Positions 51,255-55,317 of a stretch of 55,317 bases of DNA are shown in pieces (position 1 is the first letter of the stretch; the number at the start of each line of letters is the position of its first letter). The DNA is taken from NCBI GenBank assembly GCA_046725875.1, contig JBKOZJ010000102.1, forward strand, positions 1 to 55,317, in the 5' to 3' direction. Both the position numbers and the translations under genes were made by a program. Origin of the DNA: Actinomycetota bacterium. Its GTDB lineage: Bacteria; Actinomycetota; Actinomycetes; JAKEEW01. The notes under the pieces were generated by a model that ran no database searches, had not been told where the DNA came from, and was given only the letters and a program-made list of their open reading frames with translations.

Positions 51255-52243
51255 TGGCCCGGTTCGTCCACTACTCGAGCATCTACGACTCGGACGCTGC
51301 GTTTCTTGATATGGCCTTGCCGTTCGTCACGGAAGGTCTAGAGCGTCGGGAGCCGGTCCTGGTCAGCACCACCCCGGCAAACCTGGCACTCATCGACGAG
51401 GTGCTGGGGGACCGAGCCGGTGAGGTCGACTATGCGGAGACGGCGTATTTCGGGCGCCGCACCGCGCAGCGGGTCGCGGCATTCGACCGGTACTGGCGGG
51501 ACGCGCGGTCGCGCGGGGATGCGCCCACCGAGGTGCGGATTCTCGCCGAGCCGATCTGGGCCGGTAGGTCCGCCGCCGACAGGACAGCGTGGAAGCGGAT
51601 GGAGGCCGGCCTGAATGTGGTGTTTGTCGACCTGCCGATCCGGATGGTCTGCCCGTACGATGCGCGCGATGTTCCCCCAGACGTCCTCGCCAGCGCGCGG
51701 CACACGCATCCGGCCGATGTGGTGGGACGGGACGTGCATGTGTCGTCCGGCTTCCAGGATCCGGTTGAGTATGCGTGGGCGAGTGACGCCGCGCCGCTGC
51801 CCGCCGCACCCGGCGCCGTCGCGACGGTCGACTACGGCAGCGAGCTGCATCGGTTGCGTGACTTCGTCCTAGCCTTCGCCACACAGCACGGCATCAGCCC
51901 CAGCCGAGCCGACTTCGCTGCTTTGGCCGCCGGCGAGGTGGCGTCATACCTCGCCGGGCGGGGCGGTCGTAGCGGAAATGCCCGAGCCTGGGCGAACGGT
52001 AGCGGGATTGTATTCGAGGTCGTGGTAGCCGGGGCGGGGCTCGACGACCCTTACGCCGCGTTCTGGCCGCCCAGCGCGCGCCGGGCGGAGACGGCCGGCA
52101 TGTGGGTCGCGAACCAGATCTGCTCACAGCTCGACACGCGGCAGACGGGAGACGGCTGGTCGGTGCGTTTGCGATTGCCTGGGGTGAATTCGGTCGAGCA
52201 CCGGTTGCCGGATGCCATCGCAGCGGCTATCGAGTCGCTCTGA
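51254..52243 (+). CDS. MEDS sensory domain + degenerate HATPase (RsbA/PrsR-like anti-sigma factor)
   Basis: FVHYSSIYDSD..FVTEGL..EPVLV, VRILAEPIW, EAGLN, CPYD..THP (MEDS); C-terminal RsbW-like region; TGATG overlap with STAS. Confidence 0.85.
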   Translation: MARFVHYSSIYDSDAAFLDMALPFVTEGLERREPVLVSTTPANLALIDEVLGDRAGEVDYAETAYFGRRTAQRVAAFDRYWRDARSRGDAPTEVRILAEPIWAGRSAADRTAWKRMEAGLNVVFVDLPIRMVCPYDARDVPPDVLASARHTHPADVVGRDVHVSSGFQDPVEYAWASDAAPLPAAPGAVATVDYGSELHRLRDFVLAFATQHGISPSRADFAALAAGEVASYLAGRGGRSGNARAWANGSGIVFEVVVAGAGLDDPYAAFWPPSARRAETAGMWVANQICSQLDTRQTGDGWSVRLRLPGVNSVEHRLPDAIAAAIESL

Positions 52244-52330
52244 ACTCGTCGCCGCACATGAGACCGCCGGCACCGAACGACATGGCGGTCCGGCACCGGC
52301 GATGCTGCGCTGAGCTGTCTGGCTGGGCGG

Positions 52331-52474
52331 TTAGGTGAAGACGCTCACCCCGCCGGGTCCCACGAGCAGGCCGACGATGATGAGGAGGGCCCCGTAGAGG
52401 ACCGAACCGCGGAGGATCGTCACGATCCCCCAGATCACGAGTATGACTGCAATGAGCCATAGGATGAATTCCAT
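52331..52474 (-). CDS. GPGG-motif small membrane protein, 47 aa; absent from ORF track
   Basis: Manual translation MEFILWLIAVILVIWGIVTILRGSVLYGALLIIVGLLVGPGGVSVFT*. Confidence 0.9.
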   Translation of the reverse strand: MEFILWLIAVILVIWGIVTILRGSVLYGALLIIVGLLVGPGGVSVFT

Positions 52475-52485
52475 GGTCGCCACGC

Positions 52486-52511
52486 ATCCCCGCTGGGCGA
52501 AAGGTCAAACC
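52486..52511 (-). promoter_or_regulatory. SigB/SigF-type promoter for the GPGG gene
   Basis: GGTTT-N15-GGGGAT, 11 nt before ATG; no RBS. Confidence 0.55.
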
Positions 52512-52581
52512 ACCGCGGTGCCCGCGCAAGCCGCTCGCCACGGTAACCCCGGCTCGCGAGAGGCGAGGTTTTCTGCGCGTC

Positions 52582-53418
52582 CTAAGCTCGTGCCACCTCC
52601 CGGGTAGGGAAGACGTAGTCGTAGCAGTTCAGGTCGCGCTCCGGCACGGTCGTCGGCAACTCGAGATGGAAGGCGAGGCTCGGCAGGAGTCCCGCACCAC
52701 CATGGCGCTCCAGCACCCGCAGCTGTGCGACGACGTCTTCGCCGGCATGGACCGGCGGAACCTTGGGCCAGAAGTCAAAGCCTCCGGCATGGACAAGACG
52801 CGCTCGATCATAGAGGACGCACCCGCCGATCCAGGCCACCTTGTAGGCGCGCCAGCCGCGGCTCGAGGGTGGCAATCGGTTCACGACGTGGACCAGGTTG
52901 GCCGCGTTGTGGAGGCGATGCCGGTCCCACGCGGCGTCGCCGCGGCGCACGTGCTCGGGTAGGACCGGCCCGTTCCACTCCTCGTACGGGATGTGCTCGT
53001 CGGGGCGCACATCATCGAGGTAGGACAGACCTTGTACCGCGTATCCCACCAACCCGCAGTGCAGCTCGGCGAACGCATCGGTAAGCGTGGCAAGAGCCCG
53101 AGGATGGAGCCAGACGTCGTCGTCGAGAAAGAGCACCCAGCTTGATCTGGACTCATCGAGCAGCCGCGCGCGTTGTTGGGCCAGTCCGTGTCTCGGCAGG
53201 TTGCGTACGACGTGGAAGGCGGTCCCGGCGGCGCTGAGAAGGCGGCCGACCGCCGAGACCAGCGGGTCACGCAGCACTGGCTCTTGCGATTGATCCGCGA
53301 CGATGACGGAGCGTGGCAGCCGGGTCTGCGCGGCCAATCCGCTGAGAGCCACTGCTAGCGGTGCGGCCCGATCCGCGGTCGGAACGAGCACGTCGACGTC
53401 ACATCTCGGAACGCTCAT
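52582..53418 (-). CDS. Glycosyltransferase family 2
   Basis: VDVLVPT, VIVADQS, LFLDDDV (DxD), WIGGCVLY, GGFDFW, HAGEDVVAQ; ATGA overlap with the hldE-like gene. Confidence 0.9.
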   Translation of the reverse strand: MSVPRCDVDVLVPTADRAAPLAVALSGLAAQTRLPRSVIVADQSQEPVLRDPLVSAVGRLLSAAGTAFHVVRNLPRHGLAQQRARLLDESRSSWVLFLDDDVWLHPRALATLTDAFAELHCGLVGYAVQGLSYLDDVRPDEHIPYEEWNGPVLPEHVRRGDAAWDRHRLHNAANLVHVVNRLPPSSRGWRAYKVAWIGGCVLYDRARLVHAGGFDFWPKVPPVHAGEDVVAQLRVLERHGGAGLLPSLAFHLELPTTVPERDLNCYDYVFPTREVARA

Positions 53419-54935
53419 GGGCGGGCAGCTTCGCTGCTCTTTATTCGTTCCACGATGTCGGTCGTCGAGCGGCCCGCGATGTAGTCCACGAGGTGCACCT
53501 CACCACCGAGCTCCGCGACAAGGGCAGCTTCAGGGAGCATGAGAAGGCTGTAGTCGCCGCCCTTGACATAGACATCTGGGCGGATAAGGCGCAGCAAGCG
53601 TTCCGGGGTGTCCTCGTCAAAGACGGTGACATGGTCCACGCAGTCCAGCGCGGCGAGGACCGCCGCCCGATCGTCGAGACGGTTGATCGGACGCCCCGGT
53701 CCTTTTAGCCGGGCCACGCTTTCGTCGCTGTTCAGCGCGACGACAAGCAGGTCCGCGAGGGCCGCGGCCTGTCGCAGGTAAGTAACGTGACCTCGGTGCA
53801 GGACGTCGAAACAACCGTTGGTGAAGGCGATCCGTGCACCGGCGACCCGGTGCTGGCGGATCCGGTCGAGGAGATCGTGCGGGGACAGGACCGCGCCTTG
53901 TGGTGTTGCCACCGCGCGCAGGAGGTCGTCGCACGTGCACAACGCGGTCCCGTCCCGCCGTACCACAACGTTCGCGGCCGCCTGCGCCAAGTCGGCCGCC
54001 CCGGGGGGATCGGCGCCAGCGGCGAGGGCAAGCGCGAACGTCGCGGTGTATGTGTCGCCAGCGCCGGAGGCACGCTGGTCGGGTGCCGGCGATGCATGGG
54101 TTCGGTGGATCGGGCGCCCCTTGCGATGCACCAGGCTCCCTTGTCCATCGATCGTGGTGACGACGAGATCCGCGCCCGCGCGGTCACAGATCTCTGTGCT
54201 GTAGGCGGTGAGGAAGTCGACCCGGTCGCCGGTCACCGGCCGGCCCAGTAGGGTCGCGGCTTCCGCAATGTTCGGGAGCACGGCGTACGGCCGGAGCGGC
54301 GCCCACAGGTCCAGCCGGCGAGCATCGACAACAAGCCGGGGACCATGCGCCCCGCATATGGCTGCGATGGCCGCCCGTACCCGCTCGGTGCAGACGCCGA
54401 TCGCGTAATCGCAGACGATCAGCATCTCCGCTCCCGGGCCGAGCCGCTGAATCTGCTCGATGAGGGCAGACTCGACCGGGCCGGACACCGGCGTCCGGTC
54501 CTCGTCGTCGTAGCGCGCAAGAACCTGCCCGCTGCTACACACTCGGTGCTTCACCGTCGTGGGCCGGTTCTCATCCGGCACGAGGTGCGTTGAGACGCCG
54601 CAGTTGGTGAGGGCGTCGGCAAGCCGGCGGGCGGAATGGTCGGCGCCGACGACGCCGATCACCTCGACTTGTCCGCCCAACGCCGCCAGATTGGCGGCTG
54701 TGTTCGCCGCGCCGCCTGGGGCGTACGAAGTGTGATGGACCGCGACAACCGGAACCGGCGCCTCGGACGCCATCCGATCCGCTCCACCCATGTGCCAGGC
54801 GTCGAGTAGCAAATCTCCCACGACGACGGCGCTGACCTGCGGAAAGGCGTCGACGATCGGGTGCGGAACCCGGTCCTGCCCGGCCCGAGGGGCAGGCATC
54901 GTCGTCCTGTTCCGCTTGGTACCGTGCGCCGGCAT
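53415..54935 (-). CDS. HldE/RfaE-like bifunctional sugar kinase / nucleotidyltransferase
   Basis: PfkB domain: VVGDLLLD, SEAPVPVV, PGGAANTAANL, SGAGDT. Nucleotidyltransferase domain: FTNGCFDVLHRGH, ALNSDESV, VKGGDY, STTDI. AAGGAGG RBS. Confidence 0.93.
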   Translation of the reverse strand: MPAHGTKRNRTTMPAPRAGQDRVPHPIVDAFPQVSAVVVGDLLLDAWHMGGADRMASEAPVPVVAVHHTSYAPGGAANTAANLAALGGQVEVIGVVGADHSARRLADALTNCGVSTHLVPDENRPTTVKHRVCSSGQVLARYDDEDRTPVSGPVESALIEQIQRLGPGAEMLIVCDYAIGVCTERVRAAIAAICGAHGPRLVVDARRLDLWAPLRPYAVLPNIAEAATLLGRPVTGDRVDFLTAYSTEICDRAGADLVVTTIDGQGSLVHRKGRPIHRTHASPAPDQRASGAGDTYTATFALALAAGADPPGAADLAQAAANVVVRRDGTALCTCDDLLRAVATPQGAVLSPHDLLDRIRQHRVAGARIAFTNGCFDVLHRGHVTYLRQAAALADLLVVALNSDESVARLKGPGRPINRLDDRAAVLAALDCVDHVTVFDEDTPERLLRLIRPDVYVKGGDYSLLMLPEAALVAELGGEVHLVDYIAGRSTTDIVERIKSSEAARP

Positions 54936-55027
54936 GCGGCCCCCTCCTTCGGTCGCCTATGTGAACGACTTGTTGGTGTGGAGCTACTTCCCCTACTTCT
55001 CCGATTGACACAAGCCACCCGAGGAGC

Positions 55028-55053
55028 GGTTACGGTGCCGGCAGCGGGGGTAC
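55028..55053 (+). promoter_or_regulatory. SigB/SigF-type promoter for the kinase gene
   Basis: GGTTA-N15-GGGTAC, 10 nt before ATG55064. Confidence 0.55.
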
Positions 55054-55063
55054 CGCGGCCGCG

Positions 55064-55317
55064 ATGACATCCGTACGTAAGACTCGTGTTCTCCTAGTCG
55101 GGATGATGGGCGCGGGCAAGACAACGATTGGCCGGGCGCTGGCCGCCCGTTTGGGCTGGCCGTATTTGGACAACGACGAGCTCGTCGAGCGAGCCACCGG
55201 GCAGACGGCAAAGGAGCTCCTCGGCGGAAGCGTTGCGGAGCTCCGGAACGCAGAGTCCGCCGCGCTCACCGAGGCACTGCGCGTCGCACCTCCGGTGGTT
55301 GCCGGAGTACCTGCCGG
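55064..55317 (+). CDS. Shikimate kinase-like P-loop kinase (partial, runs off window); absent from ORF track
   Basis: Manual translation MTSVRKTRVLLVGMMGAGKTTIGRALAARLGWPYLDNDELVERATG... Confidence 0.85.
   Translation, partial: MTSVRKTRVLLVGMMGAGKTTIGRALAARLGWPYLDNDELVERATGQTAKELLGGSVAELRNAESAALTEALRVAPPVVAGVPA

Noticed and set aside
54958..54978. Second Rex operator upstream of the HldE-like gene
   Set aside because: Only the half-site TGTGAAC is present.

Overview
High-GC actinobacterial chromosome segment, mostly conserved core genes. In order: a MacAB-like ABC exporter; acuC/phosphatase/excisionase-type HTH/bS22/epimerase/acyltransferase; glutaredoxin-rex-hemA-hemC-cobA/hemD-hemB, with a Rex operator; hemolysin-trpS-2H phosphoesterase-yihY, the last fused in frame to a SAM methyltransferase; an S8 protease; archaeal-type valS; a D,D-carboxypeptidase; methylmalonyl-CoA mutase; an amidohydrolase; a nucleoside uptake and salvage region (BMP ABC system, cdd, deoA, add, deoC with two ALDHs, phospho-sugar mutase, punA); dinB; lpdA; and an accessory tail (STAS, MEDS anti-sigma, GPGG small membrane protein, GT2, HldE-like, shikimate-kinase-like). 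I found no rRNA, tRNA, CRISPR array, transposase or prophage. Three genes are missing from the ORF track: bS22, the GPGG protein and the truncated kinase at the right edge. Many ORF-track starts are too long; the true starts sit 6-8 nt after a -10 hexamer, which implies leaderless mRNAs. I cannot claim a clearly new multi-gene system. The best leads are: (1) GATC-bounded, REP-like palindromes, one apparently inserted in frame into lpdA; (2) a probable ATT start codon for the nucleoside ABC ATPase; (3) the YihY-methyltransferase fusion with an internal RBS; (4) a STAS/MEDS pair lacking canonical phospho-switch residues, beside a heptose-like cluster with SigB/SigF-type promoters; (5) a ValRS with an HVGS signature. 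All functional calls come from motif recognition by eye; no database searches were run.
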